DNA from: Microgenomates group bacterium
GTDB lineage: Bacteria > Patescibacteriota > Microgenomatia > PFEM01 > JBNASD01
Length of the DNA stretch: 64,000 nucleotides
Reading direction: 5' to 3'
Assembly (NCBI GenBank): GCA_049720225.1
Contig: JBNASD010000001.1
Span: 293,217-357,216, forward strand
Each line of letters starts with the position of its first letter. Within the stretch, counting starts at the first letter, position 1. This document shows positions 1-10,372 of this stretch, piece after piece. The translations under genes were made by a program, and so were the position numbers. The notes below the pieces were generated by a model. The model was not told the origin of the DNA. It saw only the letters and a list, made by a program, of their open reading frames with translations, and did not search any database.

Positions 1-603
1 TCCATTAGGACTAAAACCACTTCCACTAATTAAAACTGTGTCGGTTGGTGCATAATCAGCTTTGTCCGTTGCTAACTGAGCGCTTTGGGCAATATTCTGA
101 ACATCTAAATCCAAAGAGTTAACTGACTCAGTAGAAACATTATCCAAAATTAAAGCAGTAAGTTCTCCTTTTTCTGGTTGTTCTTTGACATCCTGAGAAG
201 TCAAATCTTGTTTTACTTCTGCTGTTGGCTCTTTCAAATCTTCTACCGCTGGTTTTTCAGTTGGTAATGCTCCTGTCGGTATTGTTTCATTTAGTATTAC
301 CCCACCTGAGGACTCCATACTTGTTCCTTCTTTAGGTGAAGTTTCGGGTGTCGGTGACGCTTCTTGAGTTGAGCTATTATCTACCACTGTTTCCGTTGTT
401 GAAGGTGGTACCTCTTCTGGAGTTTCTACTCTCGCTGTTTGGTCAATTTCTTGTACTGAAGAGGCTGGTTCTTCGGCTAAAATTGGTCGATAAAAAAGAA
501 AACCGTAATTAAATTGAAAAATTAAAGAAATTACCGTAAGAAGAGAAAAAAATTTCTGAAGTGTTTTAATTCTTTTAACTGATAATTTAAAAATTAATCT
601 CAC
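1..603 (-). CDS. Secreted/surface protein, N-terminal part (runs off window)
   Basis: Not in ORF track; read by hand from GTG at 603: VRLIFKLSVKRIKTLQKFFSLLTVISLIFQFNYGFLFYRPILA-EEPA (signal peptide), E/T/P-rich linker, then LATDKADYAPTDTVLISGSGFSPNG (Ig-like surface-domain start). Confidence 0.75.
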   Translation of the reverse strand, partial: MRLIFKLSVKRIKTLQKFFSLLTVISLIFQFNYGFLFYRPILAEEPASSVQEIDQTARVETPEEVPPSTTETVVDNSSTQEASPTPETSPKEGTSMESSGGVILNETIPTGALPTEKPAVEDLKEPTAEVKQDLTSQDVKEQPEKGELTALILDNVSTESVNSLDLDVQNIAQSAQLATDKADYAPTDTVLISGSGFSPNG

Positions 604-625
604 ATTATTGGGGCAGGTTACCCGC

Positions 626-655
626 ACTATACCATTAATAATTATATTTTGTCAA
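626..655 (-). promoter_or_regulatory. Sigma70-type promoter TTGACA-N18-TATAGT with extended -10 TG
   Basis: Minus strand reads ttgaca aaatataattattaatgg tatagt, 22 nt before the GTG at 603. Confidence 0.6.
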
Positions 656-688
656 GTTTTTCTTAAAAGTCAACTATAAATAAATACA

Positions 689-1321
689 TCAATTTACCTC
701 TTTAGCAATTACTATAAGTCTTTTTAAGGTGGTTCCTGGTGGATAACAGGTTTGTAAAGTTAAAGTTTTTCCTGAAACATGATTTTTAATATAATCTTCT
801 AAAATTTCTGGAGAAACTACTTTTTTTTCTACTACATTATATATATATTTTTTTCCTTGATAAAAAATATTTATTTCGTCTCCTTTTTCTAATTTTCCAA
901 TCAAAAAAAATACCGCATTATATCGATTTACATTCCAAAAAACATCAGTGGAATGAGCAAAAAGAAATACATTACCTACCTCCCCTGGATAAGCACTTCC
1001 TCTAGAATGAGCGACTCCTTTTTTAAGAATTGATAAATACTCATTGAGATTAGTGGGATCAACTTCCGCAAAAATTTTAGCATTAACACCAATTTTGGGA
1101 ATAACAATTCCAAAGTCAGTATCTAAAGGAATTATTGTGTCTTCTTTAAAACTTGAAGAAAAAAAAGACGAAATTAAAGAAGAAGAATTGCTAAACCTTT
1201 TAAACTGATACTTAATTTCTTCTTTTAAAACTGGAAAAAAAATTAAGCCAATAATTATTACCCCACCAATTATTAAAAGATTACCTATTTTTTTCAATAA
1301 TCTAAAGTTTATTTTGGCCAA
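689..1321 (-). CDS. Sortase family protein
   Basis: N-terminal TM; IPKIGV, LFAHS (His), [19 protein letters not shown] (TLxTC...R). Confidence 0.9.
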   Translation of the reverse strand: MAKINFRLLKKIGNLLIIGGVIIIGLIFFPVLKEEIKYQFKRFSNSSSLISSFFSSSFKEDTIIPLDTDFGIVIPKIGVNAKIFAEVDPTNLNEYLSILKKGVAHSRGSAYPGEVGNVFLFAHSTDVFWNVNRYNAVFFLIGKLEKGDEINIFYQGKKYIYNVVEKKVVSPEILEDYIKNHVSGKTLTLQTCYPPGTTLKRLIVIAKEVN

Positions 1322-2997
1322 TAATAACTCCGATTAGTAAGGTAACTTTTTCCATCTAAACATCTCACTTCGTAAACAGGAGTTAATGATTTTTTCCTTC
1401 TTACAGTCCAATCTTCATTATCTGCAGGATCTGAATAATAATAAACTTCTTCTTTTCGACTAACAGAGTTATAACTTAACGAACCATATCTCCCTTCTGC
1501 ACATTTACAAAATTTATTAAGTTGGTTTTGATTAAGATAAAGATATTGATATTCTTCCCTCCAGCACAAAATCGGTGAAGGTGAAGGAGGAGGAATGGGA
1601 GTTAAAGTTGGAGTAACTTCAGGCGTGGGAGTGGGTGTTGAAGTAGGACTAGTGGTGGGTAAAGGAGTAGGGGTATCACTCGCAGTAGGAGTGGGTGTAA
1701 ACTCCGGTGTTGGGATAGCCGTTGGAGTAAAACTCGGCGTGGGAAACGCCCCTAACGCAGCCGCCGCATCAACTAATCCCCATCCATAAATATCATCTCT
1801 TCCCGGTGTTCCTTTGTCTTCCGCTGTTTGTTGAAGAATATTCTTCACTTCTAAAGGACTATTTGCTCTACCGGCAGAAATTACTAATGCCGCTACCCCA
1901 GAAACATGAGGAGTAGCCATTGAAGTTCCTTGATAAAAATAATAACCCCATTCAATTTTCGCCCCCTTTTTAACAAATGTTTGTTGTAAAACACCATCAC
2001 CATAACCATCTTTATTTTGATCAATACTCGTATTTCCTCCGGGTGCTACCAAATCAACTGAAGGTCCATAATTTGAATAAGGAGCTTTTGTTTCATCATA
2101 TTGAGTTGCTCCTACCGCAATTACATAATCATCATAACTAGCCGGATATAAACAGTTTGGTTTATTATCATTTCCGCAAGCAGCAATAACGACTACCCCC
2201 TTTTGATAAGCATAAGCAACCGCTTCTTTTAATGTTTGAGAATCGGAAGTTCCTCCCAAACTTAAATTAATTATCTTGGCTTTATTATCTACCGCCCAAC
2301 GAATTCCATCGGCAACATCAGCATATGTCCCTGAACCACTCGCATCTAACACTCTTACTGGCATCAAACAACTTTTATAAGCAATTCCTGCTACCCCTAA
2401 ACTATTATTAGTACTTTGGGCAATTGTGCCGGCAACATGAGTTCCGTGACCATTTTCATCAGTAGGATCGCTATCATTATTCACAAAATCATAACCAGCA
2501 ACAAAGCAAGTATTTAGCAGATCAGTCCCCCTTCTTATTCCTGAATCAACTACTGCTACTGTTACTCCTTCTCCCTTACTAACCTCCCATGCTTTTTCCA
2601 TCTGAATTCCTCCATAGACAGAATTATCTAAATGCCATTGATAAGAATAATAAGGATCATTAGGAACCATCAATGCATAAATCAAATAATTCGGTTCCGC
2701 ATAAGCGACTAAGGGATTTTTAGAGAAAGCTTTAATTATTTCTTTTTCCTTTCCCTTAGGAACTTTTAAAACAAAGGTTTTTTCTTTTCCTATCTGTTTT
2801 TTAATTTTTCCCTGATAAAGTTCAATTAACTTTTCCGAAATTATTTGGGGAACAAAAGAATTAAATTTAACAATTATTTCTTCAGGCACCATTTTTTCTT
2901 CAGAAAAATCAAAAGAAGCAAAAGTATTCGATGAATGATTAATAACTAAAAAAGAAGTTAAGAAAAAAAGTAAAATAAAAGGGAGAAATTTTTTCAT
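1309..2997 (-). CDS. Secreted S8 subtilisin-like serine protease with PT linker and Cys-containing C-terminal domain
   Basis: [23 protein letters not shown] triad; signal peptide from MKKFLPF (ATG 2997). Confidence 0.93.
   Translation of the reverse strand: MKKFLPFILLFFLTSFLVINHSSNTFASFDFSEEKMVPEEIIVKFNSFVPQIISEKLIELYQGKIKKQIGKEKTFVLKVPKGKEKEIIKAFSKNPLVAYAEPNYLIYALMVPNDPYYSYQWHLDNSVYGGIQMEKAWEVSKGEGVTVAVVDSGIRRGTDLLNTCFVAGYDFVNNDSDPTDENGHGTHVAGTIAQSTNNSLGVAGIAYKSCLMPVRVLDASGSGTYADVADGIRWAVDNKAKIINLSLGGTSDSQTLKEAVAYAYQKGVVVIAACGNDNKPNCLYPASYDDYVIAVGATQYDETKAPYSNYGPSVDLVAPGGNTSIDQNKDGYGDGVLQQTFVKKGAKIEWGYYFYQGTSMATPHVSGVAALVISAGRANSPLEVKNILQQTAEDKGTPGRDDIYGWGLVDAAAALGAFPTPSFTPTAIPTPEFTPTPTASDTPTPLPTTSPTSTPTPTPEVTPTLTPIPPPSPSPILCWREEYQYLYLNQNQLNKFCKCAEGRYGSLSYNSVSRKEEVYYYSDPADNEDWTVRRKKSLTPVYEVRCLDGKSYLTNRSYYWPK
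1572..1745 (-). repeat. Pro/Thr low-complexity linker coding repeat
   Basis: [58 protein letters not shown]. Confidence 0.85.
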
Positions 2998-3004
2998 TAT
3001 TATC

Positions 3005-3034
3005 ATTATATAAATTAGGCTTAAAAATTGTCAA
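3005..3034 (-). promoter_or_regulatory. Consensus sigma70 promoter, probably leaderless transcript
   Basis: TTGACA-N18-TATAAT; ATG (2997) lies 7 nt after the -10 box; no SD. Confidence 0.75.
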
Positions 3035-3039
3035 TCTTT

Positions 3040-4026
3040 CTAGTAACCTTCAGGATGAGTTTTGTGCCATTTCCAAGCGGTTTCCACAATTGTTTTTAAA
3101 TCTGAATATTTTGGCTCCCAATTTAAGGTTTTTTTAATTTTTTCTGCTTTGGCAATTAACTGCGCCGGATCACCTGGTCGCCGAGAACCAACAGGAGAAG
3201 GAAAATCCACTCCAGAAACCTTTTTCACCATTTCTACTACCTCTTTAACCGAAAATCCTTTTCCTGTTCCCACATTAAAATAATAAAAATCAACCGGCGC
3301 TTTCTTAAGAAAATTTAAAGCTTTAACATGGGCATCAGCTAAATCTAAAACATGAATATAATCACGAATACAAGTACCATCGGGAGTAGGATAATCATCA
3401 CCAAAAATTTGAAATTCGGGAATTTTTCCTAAAGCGGCCAAACACGCTCTGGTAATTAAATGGGTTGGTTTGGGATAATCTTGACCGAAATTTCCATCCA
3501 AAGAAGCGCCAGCGGCATTAAAATAGCGCAAAGCCACTGAAGAAAGTTTATAAGCACCAGCATACCATTTTAAAATTTTTTCCACCATCAATTTTGATTC
3601 TCCATAAGGATTAGTAGGATTTTTAGGGGAATCTTCATCTATAGGAACTACCTCTGGTTCTCCATAAACTGCCGCTGTTGAAGAAAAAACAATTTTTAAA
3701 ACCCCGTACTTAATCATTACCCGCAAAAGGTTTAAGGTACCTAATACATTGTTATAAAAATACTTCTCCGGATTTAAAACCGATTCTCCAACCTCAATAT
3801 AAGCGGCAAAATGAATTACCCCTTCTGGCTTTTCTTTCTCAAAAATTTTTTCTAGCAAATCAATATCTTTTTGCAAATTTCCTTGATAAAAGGAAGTCTC
3901 GGGAATAGCTTGAAGATGACCTGTTTCTAAACTATCAAAAACCACCGGAGTAAAACCTGCCTTTTTTAAAGCATCAACTGTAAAACTACCAATATAACCT
4001 GCACCACCGGTGACTAAAATTTTCAT
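3040..4026 (-). CDS. galE: UDP-glucose 4-epimerase
   Basis: TGGAGYIGS, FSSTAAVYG, YGESK, LRYFNAAGA, DGTCIRDYIHV. Confidence 0.93.
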   Translation of the reverse strand: MKILVTGGAGYIGSFTVDALKKAGFTPVVFDSLETGHLQAIPETSFYQGNLQKDIDLLEKIFEKEKPEGVIHFAAYIEVGESVLNPEKYFYNNVLGTLNLLRVMIKYGVLKIVFSSTAAVYGEPEVVPIDEDSPKNPTNPYGESKLMVEKILKWYAGAYKLSSVALRYFNAAGASLDGNFGQDYPKPTHLITRACLAALGKIPEFQIFGDDYPTPDGTCIRDYIHVLDLADAHVKALNFLKKAPVDFYYFNVGTGKGFSVKEVVEMVKKVSGVDFPSPVGSRRPGDPAQLIAKAEKIKKTLNWEPKYSDLKTIVETAWKWHKTHPEGY

Positions 4027-4382
4027 TTAATAATCTCCTCTTTTAAAATTTTAGCAAAAAAACCACCACTAAAATCAACCACTAAATCTTGCCATTGAAA
4101 GGTTCTGGTAGGAACAAAAATTTGATGAACCTCATCAAAAAAAGCATAACCCCAAACACAAATTAAAGGAAGAAGAAAATCTTTTTTAATTTTTCCGAAG
4201 TTAATTGCCCGAAAAAATAAAAAATAACCAATTCCATAAAAAAGAAAATGAGCTCCGCTACGAATTATTTCATCCCAAAAATTATTCTCCGCTACCCGTA
4301 AATTAGGGATTGAAGATAAATAAAAAAGAGTTCCCATCCATATTCCTACCGGAAGCCATAATTTAATTTTGACTTTTGCCAT
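4023..4382 (-). CDS. VanZ family membrane protein
   Basis: AHFLFY...YAFFDEVHQIFVPTRTFQWQDLVVD. Confidence 0.85.
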   Translation of the reverse strand: MAKVKIKLWLPVGIWMGTLFYLSSIPNLRVAENNFWDEIIRSGAHFLFYGIGYFLFFRAINFGKIKKDFLLPLICVWGYAFFDEVHQIFVPTRTFQWQDLVVDFSGGFFAKILKEEIIK

Positions 4383-5544
4383 TTGATTTTTGCCCTTTTA
4401 TTTGAGTATACCAAAAATAAACTCCCCCACCAAAAAGAAGCAAAAATCCTCCTCCTATAAACAATATTCCTATCCATTTTTTATTTTTAGGCGTTTCTGG
4501 GGAAGGAAAAACCATTTCTCCTTCTTCCGTTGATTCCCACGGATAAAAAGCGGAAGTTGCCGGTTGGCTTTCTCCTAAAATTTCTCCCTCTTTAGTAGCA
4601 GTTTCTGAGGGATGAATTTTAAAAGTAGGAGTAGGAGAATTAGGTGGCAATGATATTAAAGGAATAAAAGTAGGTGTTGCTGTAGGTAAAGAGGTAGGTG
4701 AAGAATAAGAAACATTTTCTTTTTCCATTATCGGATTAACTTCTAAATTATCTCCTGCTTTAATCTCAATTCTTTCTGACCAACTTTGGTAACCCGTTTT
4801 TTGTAACTCAATTAAATGACTACCAAATCCACAATCCACATAGGTATCACATTTACAACCCTCACAAAAAGTTAAAACTTCCGGTGCATAATGGTGAATA
4901 TAAACGCCATCGACATAAATTTTAACGTTGGAAATCGTCTCTCCGTTTTTATTTTTTACCTCATTTATTTTGTAAAAGGCTTTAGGAAAAGAAGTAGGAG
5001 TAAAAGAAACGGTTATTGAAGGAGTAACACTTAAAGCCAAAGTGGGTGTGGAAGAAGGGGTAGAAATTAAACATTCATTATCAGAAGGGGTAGGATTAGA
5101 AAAAACCACCCATTGAGAACTACCATCTGGTAATCTCCCTGTAGAACTTCCTTTTGGATGCAAAGGAATTTCTGAAGAAAAATAAGTTACCGAATCTACT
5201 AAATTTCCATCTTTGTCAAAGAGTCTAATACTATCACCATCGTTATTCAGTCGATTAGCAAAATTAAACTTCCGAAAACTTTTAGGACAAATAAATCCGG
5301 TTAAAATAATTTTATTTGTTTCCGTATTATCTCTAATTATCCATCCATTTAAATCAATTTCTTTATCGCTTAAATTATAAAGTTCCACCCAATCAGGATT
5401 TTCGGTAGTTCCATCAGTTACCGCTGCGAATTCATTAATCACTATTTCCGCGGCCAAACTAGAAGAAGAAAATAAAAATAAAAAAGTTATCATTAAAAAG
5501 AAGATTTTTGTCTTTTGAAACCACCCTCTCCTCCGGGCAGGCAT
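4363..5544 (-). CDS. Lamin-tail domain plus PEGA-like domain surface protein with C-terminal TM
   Basis: IVINEF...DWVELYN...LNGWIIRD...LNNDGDSIRL; IYVDG...IELQKTGYQSW; PT linkers; C-terminal TM and basic tail. Confidence 0.8.
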   Translation of the reverse strand: MPARRRGWFQKTKIFFLMITFLFLFSSSSLAAEIVINEFAAVTDGTTENPDWVELYNLSDKEIDLNGWIIRDNTETNKIILTGFICPKSFRKFNFANRLNNDGDSIRLFDKDGNLVDSVTYFSSEIPLHPKGSSTGRLPDGSSQWVVFSNPTPSDNECLISTPSSTPTLALSVTPSITVSFTPTSFPKAFYKINEVKNKNGETISNVKIYVDGVYIHHYAPEVLTFCEGCKCDTYVDCGFGSHLIELQKTGYQSWSERIEIKAGDNLEVNPIMEKENVSYSSPTSLPTATPTFIPLISLPPNSPTPTFKIHPSETATKEGEILGESQPATSAFYPWESTEEGEMVFPSPETPKNKKWIGILFIGGGFLLLFGGGVYFWYTQIKGQKSNGKSQN

Positions 5545-5547
5545 TTT

Positions 5548-6042
5548 TTAACGATTTAAAAATAGCCTTTTAATTTTTCTTTTAATTTGAATAATTATCC
5601 ATTTAGAACGTAATTCTTTTGGTAATTCATTTAATCCTTTAAAAACTCTATAAAAAGGAGCTTTTTTAATATTTAAGGCGTCTTTTATTTTTAAAGGACT
5701 TGGAGGAGTAGTTTTCTTTAACGCTTCTTTAATTTCCATCCAAGCAACCTCTAAATTTTCTTTAGGATCTGTTTTTAGTTTACCCCCCTTACTTAAACAA
5801 ATAAAAGTGATATTTAGAGTCGGAAAAAATTTAAGATTTCTAAAATAAATTCCGGAAACTTTTAATGGTTTTATTTTTATTCCTGTTTCTTCATAAGTTT
5901 CGCGAATTACCGCCTCTAATAATGATTCTCCTTTTTCTACCTTTCCTCCGGGAATAGTCCAAATTTTTAAATCTTCCCTTTTTTGCACTAAGACTTTAGT
6001 TTTATTTTTGTTAAAAACAACCGCGCTAACTCCGATATCCAT
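5548..6042 (-). CDS. NUDIX hydrolase
   Basis: PGGKVEKGESLLEAVIRETYEETG Nudix box. Confidence 0.9.
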   Translation of the reverse strand: MDIGVSAVVFNKNKTKVLVQKREDLKIWTIPGGKVEKGESLLEAVIRETYEETGIKIKPLKVSGIYFRNLKFFPTLNITFICLSKGGKLKTDPKENLEVAWMEIKEALKKTTPPSPLKIKDALNIKKAPFYRVFKGLNELPKELRSKWIIIQIKRKIKRLFLNR

Positions 6043-6046
6043 TTTT

Positions 6047-7264
6047 TTACTTAAATACTACAATTTTATCTATTAAACCAATACTATAAAAATCTTTAAA
6101 ATTTTTATCATAACCATGCCAAGGATCGTGCATAATATAATTATCTTGCTCTTTTTTCTTAATCACGACAAAATGTCCATCACCGCCTAAATTTAAATGG
6201 ACAATTACTGGTCGCCCCTCATTTAATTCTTTATCCATTTCGTTTATTCCTCCTACCACAATATAACTTTTTCCTGGCGGGGCTGGCCAAGGTTGAAGCA
6301 TATAAGCGGTGGTGCTAAAAAAATAAGAAGGATTAGAAGCAATTTCGATTGGGGTAATATTTTGCCCATAAAATTTATGAATCATTGCCACACTAGATAC
6401 TAAACACCCGACATCAAAGATTATTTCTGAAGACAATCCAATTGTTTTCTTTGCCCATCTTTCATCTCGTTGGCTAAAAAACCAACCGTCAGGACTATTT
6501 TGTGGCGGCAAAATTCCTCCAGTTTGTTTAGAGGTAAAACCCTTAAGGCTTCTTACCTCGGCTATTGCTTTTGCTAAAAGTTGTTGATATTTTGTTTCGT
6601 TATTTTGAGTCACTGCCAAAAGGTTTTCTTTTGCTTTTTTCTCTTGAGCCAAAATTGCCTTTTGAGATTCCAATTTCTTTTTTGCCGCCTCCAATTCTTT
6701 CTGTTTTTCTTCTTTAATATTTTTTTCATCCTCAAAATTAGTTCTCACTGTTTCTAATTGAATCATTAGTTTCTTATCATGAATTTGCATTACTTTAAGA
6801 TACTTCCAACGATTAATAAAATGAGAAAAACTATCAGAAGAAAAAAGAATAAAAACAGGGTCTATCTTTCCCTTCTTATAAGTAGCGCTTACTCGCTTCA
6901 TTAAAATTTCAGACAATTGATTTAAAGAAAGGTCTAATTTATCGATTTTTTTGTCTAAATCGACAATTTCTTTTTCTAAAATTTCTATCTGTTTAGTAGT
7001 GGCGTAAATTCGGGTGGTGGTTAAGTTAATCGCCGCATCAAATTTGGCAATCTCATTTTTTAAGGTTTGTTTTTGCTGACCAACTTGAGATAAAAGATTA
7101 GAAAAAATTCTCTCGCATTCTTCTACTTCTTCTACCTTAAGCTCTCCTTTACCAATTTTATTCTCGCATTCTTCTTGGGTAATTGCTTCAATTTTTCCCG
7201 AAAAAAAACTAAAAATTAAACAAAAAATTAATAAAAAAAGAAGCTTTCTGAAAATTTTCTCCAT
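6047..7264 (-). CDS. Coiled-coil (PcsB/CwlO-like) protein with C39-like peptidase domain, FtsEX partner
   Basis: Signal peptide, long coiled coil, FSQRDERW, GCLVSSVAM (Cys), GHFVVI (His), HDPW (Asp); directly after ftsX. Confidence 0.8.
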   Translation of the reverse strand: MEKIFRKLLFLLIFCLIFSFFSGKIEAITQEECENKIGKGELKVEEVEECERIFSNLLSQVGQQKQTLKNEIAKFDAAINLTTTRIYATTKQIEILEKEIVDLDKKIDKLDLSLNQLSEILMKRVSATYKKGKIDPVFILFSSDSFSHFINRWKYLKVMQIHDKKLMIQLETVRTNFEDEKNIKEEKQKELEAAKKKLESQKAILAQEKKAKENLLAVTQNNETKYQQLLAKAIAEVRSLKGFTSKQTGGILPPQNSPDGWFFSQRDERWAKKTIGLSSEIIFDVGCLVSSVAMIHKFYGQNITPIEIASNPSYFFSTTAYMLQPWPAPPGKSYIVVGGINEMDKELNEGRPVIVHLNLGGDGHFVVIKKKEQDNYIMHDPWHGYDKNFKDFYSIGLIDKIVVFK

Positions 7265-7265
7265 T

Positions 7266-8135
7266 TCATTTAAGATATTTTCTTACTGCTAGCCAACTTC
7301 CTAAACAACCAATTAAAACTCCCAACGTCAATTCTCCTCCCAAAACCATCAACATAAAAATAACGGAAACAGGCAAAAGCGATATTCCTTCTAAAAATTC
7401 TTTCAAAAATGGTGTCGAATAAAGTAAAAGAAGAAAAGCTAATCCCCACCCCAAAATTCCACCTAATACTCCGTAAAAAATTCCCTCTAGAATAAAAGGA
7501 AAATAAATATAGCCCTTAGTAGCACCCAAAAGTTGAAGAATTTCTACCTCTTTTTTCCTTAAAGCAACTTTCATTCCAATAATTACTAAAATTACTAAAA
7601 AGGAAACTAAACTTAAAAAAGAAATCATTCCTATTCCAATTTTTCTTAAGTTATCAGTCCAATTTTTTAATGATTTTACAATGTCTTCCTGATAAACCAC
7701 CTCCTCCACGAAAATACTTTCTTTTAAAATTTTTGCTACTTCTCCTAAATAAGAAATATCAGTGGTAGAAACTTCTAAAGAGGCAGGTAAAATATTAGCA
7801 GTTACCATTTCTAAAAGTAGGGGGTCGTTTTTATTTTGTTCTTGATAAATTTTTAAAGCTTCTTCTTTGGAAACATACTTTATTTCTTTTATTTTTCCAG
7901 TCGCTAACAAACGAGACTTTAATTCATTTATTTGTCCTTCAGTTGCTTCATCTTTGAAAAAAGCAGTTACCTGAGGACGAGTTTCAAAAAATTGAAGAAT
8001 CTTTTGTGAACCTACTGCTGACAAAAAAAGGAGTGTAGAAATAAAAAAAGTCAATGTCATTATCCCAATTGCCGCTAAGGCTTGATAAGGAGAACGACGA
8101 ATATGTTTCCAGGTTGTCGCCAAATGATCTTTCAT
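7266..8135 (-). CDS. ftsX: Cell division permease FtsX
   Basis: YVSKEEAL, RKKEVEILQLLGAT, PFILEG; follows ftsE. Confidence 0.9.
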   Translation of the reverse strand: MKDHLATTWKHIRRSPYQALAAIGIMTLTFFISTLLFLSAVGSQKILQFFETRPQVTAFFKDEATEGQINELKSRLLATGKIKEIKYVSKEEALKIYQEQNKNDPLLLEMVTANILPASLEVSTTDISYLGEVAKILKESIFVEEVVYQEDIVKSLKNWTDNLRKIGIGMISFLSLVSFLVILVIIGMKVALRKKEVEILQLLGATKGYIYFPFILEGIFYGVLGGILGWGLAFLLLLYSTPFLKEFLEGISLLPVSVIFMLMVLGGELTLGVLIGCLGSWLAVRKYLK

Positions 8136-8141
8136 AAAAAA

Positions 8142-8813
8142 CTATTTCTCTCCTTTCTTTTTATCGGCAACAACTTTTCCTTTATCTAATTCAATAATTC
8201 TTTTTTTAAACCTTTTTACTATTTCTACATTATGAGTAGCCATAATTACTATTTTTCCTCCTTGATTAATTTTTTCTAATAAGTCAACTATCTGTTGGCC
8301 AGTACTAATATCTAAATTTCCCGTTGGTTCATCGGCAATTATAATTTCTGGATCACCAACTATTGCTCGGGCAATACAAACTCGCTGCAACTCTCCTCCT
8401 GCTAATTGAGCGGGAAAAAAATTAGCTCTTTCGCTTAAACCAACTTGTTCTAAGGTTTCTTTAACTTTTTGTTCAATTTCTTCCTCTTTCTTTTTTAAAA
8501 TTTTTAATGGCAAAGCAATGTTTTCAAAAACGGTTTGATCGGGCAAAAGCTTTAAATCTTGAAAAATCATTCCTATTTTTCTTCGATAGTAAGGGATTTT
8601 TTTTCGTGGCACCGAAGCTAAATTTACCCCTGCAATTTCTATTTCTCCTTCGGTAGGAAGATATTCCCTTAAAATTAAGCGGGCAATTGTTGTTTTTCCC
8701 GCTCCCGAAGGTCCCATCAAAAATACAAATTCACCCGGTTCGATTTCAAAACTAACGTTTTCTAAAGCAGTAATCTCGCCAAATTTTTTGGTAACATTTT
8801 TAAAACTAATCAT
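8142..8813 (-). CDS. ftsE: Cell division ATP-binding protein FtsE
   Basis: [37 protein letters not shown]. Confidence 0.88.
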   Translation of the reverse strand: MISFKNVTKKFGEITALENVSFEIEPGEFVFLMGPSGAGKTTIARLILREYLPTEGEIEIAGVNLASVPRKKIPYYRRKIGMIFQDLKLLPDQTVFENIALPLKILKKKEEEIEQKVKETLEQVGLSERANFFPAQLAGGELQRVCIARAIVGDPEIIIADEPTGNLDISTGQQIVDLLEKINQGGKIVIMATHNVEIVKRFKKRIIELDKGKVVADKKKGEK

Positions 8814-8833
8814 TTTATAATTTTGGGAATTAA

Positions 8834-9325
8834 TTAAATCCCCTCAGGGCAGGAATTTAACACCTTTACCCAACCCACATCTAATAACCACGCCGCTTTT
8901 TGTCCTTTAAAGGTTTCTCCTAAAATTTCTACACATTTACCCACAAATAAATCTAAATCTACCATTGAACTGGTTAAATAAGCAGTTTGACTTGGTCCCC
9001 CGGGACGAATTAATTTATGAGTCCCCTCCGGAATATCTTGATTGTCATTTTTTTCAATTCTTCCAAAAGCCTGGTCTTTAAAAGTTTTTGGATCTTTTAT
9101 TCCCATTTCCTGAGGAATTTTTTTTCCTTCCTTATTAACAAATTCTTTTTTTTCTGATATTCCCACTCTACCTTTTTCTTTATTCGCCAAAAACCAACCA
9201 GTAGCCCCTCCCGCTAAAATAATCACCAAAATTATTAAAGCAGGCAATAAAATTTCTCTAAAAAAGGGTTTTTTCTCCTCTTTTGGAGAATCACTTAGGG
9301 TTTTAACTAATTTTTCTTCCTCCAT
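8834..9325 (-). CDS. Hypothetical membrane-anchored protein
   Basis: Single TM; GGAGG SD upstream; no family recognised. Confidence 0.7.
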   Translation of the reverse strand: MEEEKLVKTLSDSPKEEKKPFFREILLPALIILVIILAGGATGWFLANKEKGRVGISEKKEFVNKEGKKIPQEMGIKDPKTFKDQAFGRIEKNDNQDIPEGTHKLIRPGGPSQTAYLTSSMVDLDLFVGKCVEILGETFKGQKAAWLLDVGWVKVLNSCPEGI

Positions 9326-9367
9326 TTTTCCTCCTTTTTATTTAAAAGGATATCACAAAAGTTAATC

Positions 9368-10372
9368 TTAAGACAATTGGCGAATTTCTGCTTCGATAAA
9401 ACCATCAATTTCTCCATTTAAAATTGCCTCCGGGTCATTACTTTCATAACCAGTTCTTAAATCTTTAACCATTTTATAAGGATGCAAAACATAAGATCTA
9501 ATTTGTGTTCCCCAACTTGCTTTTGTCTTTCCTTGTTTTAATTGTCTTTCTTCTTCCGCTCTTTTTTCTTCCTCTTTTTGCCAAAGTTTTGCTTGTAATA
9601 TTTGTAAAGCAATTTTGCGATTTTGCGCTTGATATCTTTCACTTTGAGAAGTAACCACAATTCCTGTAGGCTTGTGTCTTAATCTTACCGCCGTGGAAAC
9701 TTTTTGAACATTTTGTCCTCCCTGAGAAGAAGCTCGAAAAAACTCCCATTCTAAATCTTCCTCTTTAATTTCAATTTCTTTTTCTTCTAATTGGGGTAAA
9801 ACTTCCACCAATGCAAAAGAGGTTTGTCTTAATCTATCGGCATTAAAAGGAGATTGGCGCACTAACCGATGAGTTCCTGCTTCATGTTTTAAATATCCAT
9901 AAGCGTATGGGGCGTCAATTTTGAAAGTTACACTTTTAATTCCCGCTTCCTCTCCCGGGGTTTCGTCAATTATTTCATAATCCCAATTCCTTTTTTCAAA
10001 ATAACGAAGGTACATTCTTTTTAACATTTCTGCCCAATCCATTGCTTCTGTTCCTCCTTGACCGGCATGGATGGAAAAAATTGCTCCCGAGGAATCATAT
10101 TTTCCTCCTAAAAAAGTTTTTAATTCTAATTTCTGAATTTCTTTTTCCGCTTCTTGTTCTTTTCCTAAGGAAACTAAATTCTCTAATTTTTCTATTTCTT
10201 CTATTTCCTTTTGTAAATCTGCTAGTCTTTTCATTTTTTTACTTGCTTCTTCATGATCTTGCCAAAATTCAGGATTTGCTGAAAGTCTTTGAATTTCCTG
10301 GATTTCTTGAAAAATCTGATCAAAATTAAGCTTTCTTTTTATTTCTTCTATTCTTTGTTTTAAGTCTTTCAT
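9368..10372 (-). CDS. prfB: Peptide chain release factor 2 (no programmed frameshift)
   Basis: AGQGGTEA, QSPFN (SPF), GGQ, WGTQIRSY; ATG at 10372 overlaps upstream TGA (ATGA). Confidence 0.95.
   Translation of the reverse strand: MKDLKQRIEEIKRKLNFDQIFQEIQEIQRLSANPEFWQDHEEASKKMKRLADLQKEIEEIEKLENLVSLGKEQEAEKEIQKLELKTFLGGKYDSSGAIFSIHAGQGGTEAMDWAEMLKRMYLRYFEKRNWDYEIIDETPGEEAGIKSVTFKIDAPYAYGYLKHEAGTHRLVRQSPFNADRLRQTSFALVEVLPQLEEKEIEIKEEDLEWEFFRASSQGGQNVQKVSTAVRLRHKPTGIVVTSQSERYQAQNRKIALQILQAKLWQKEEEKRAEEERQLKQGKTKASWGTQIRSYVLHPYKMVKDLRTGYESNDPEAILNGEIDGFIEAEIRQLS

Noticed and set aside
1595-1789. Val/Gly-rich ORF on + strand
   Set aside because: Antisense shadow of the PT linker of the S8 protease.
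10300-10345. Programmed +1 frameshift in prfB
   Set aside because: Reads AAG CTT AAT TTT GAT in frame; no CTT-TGA slip site.
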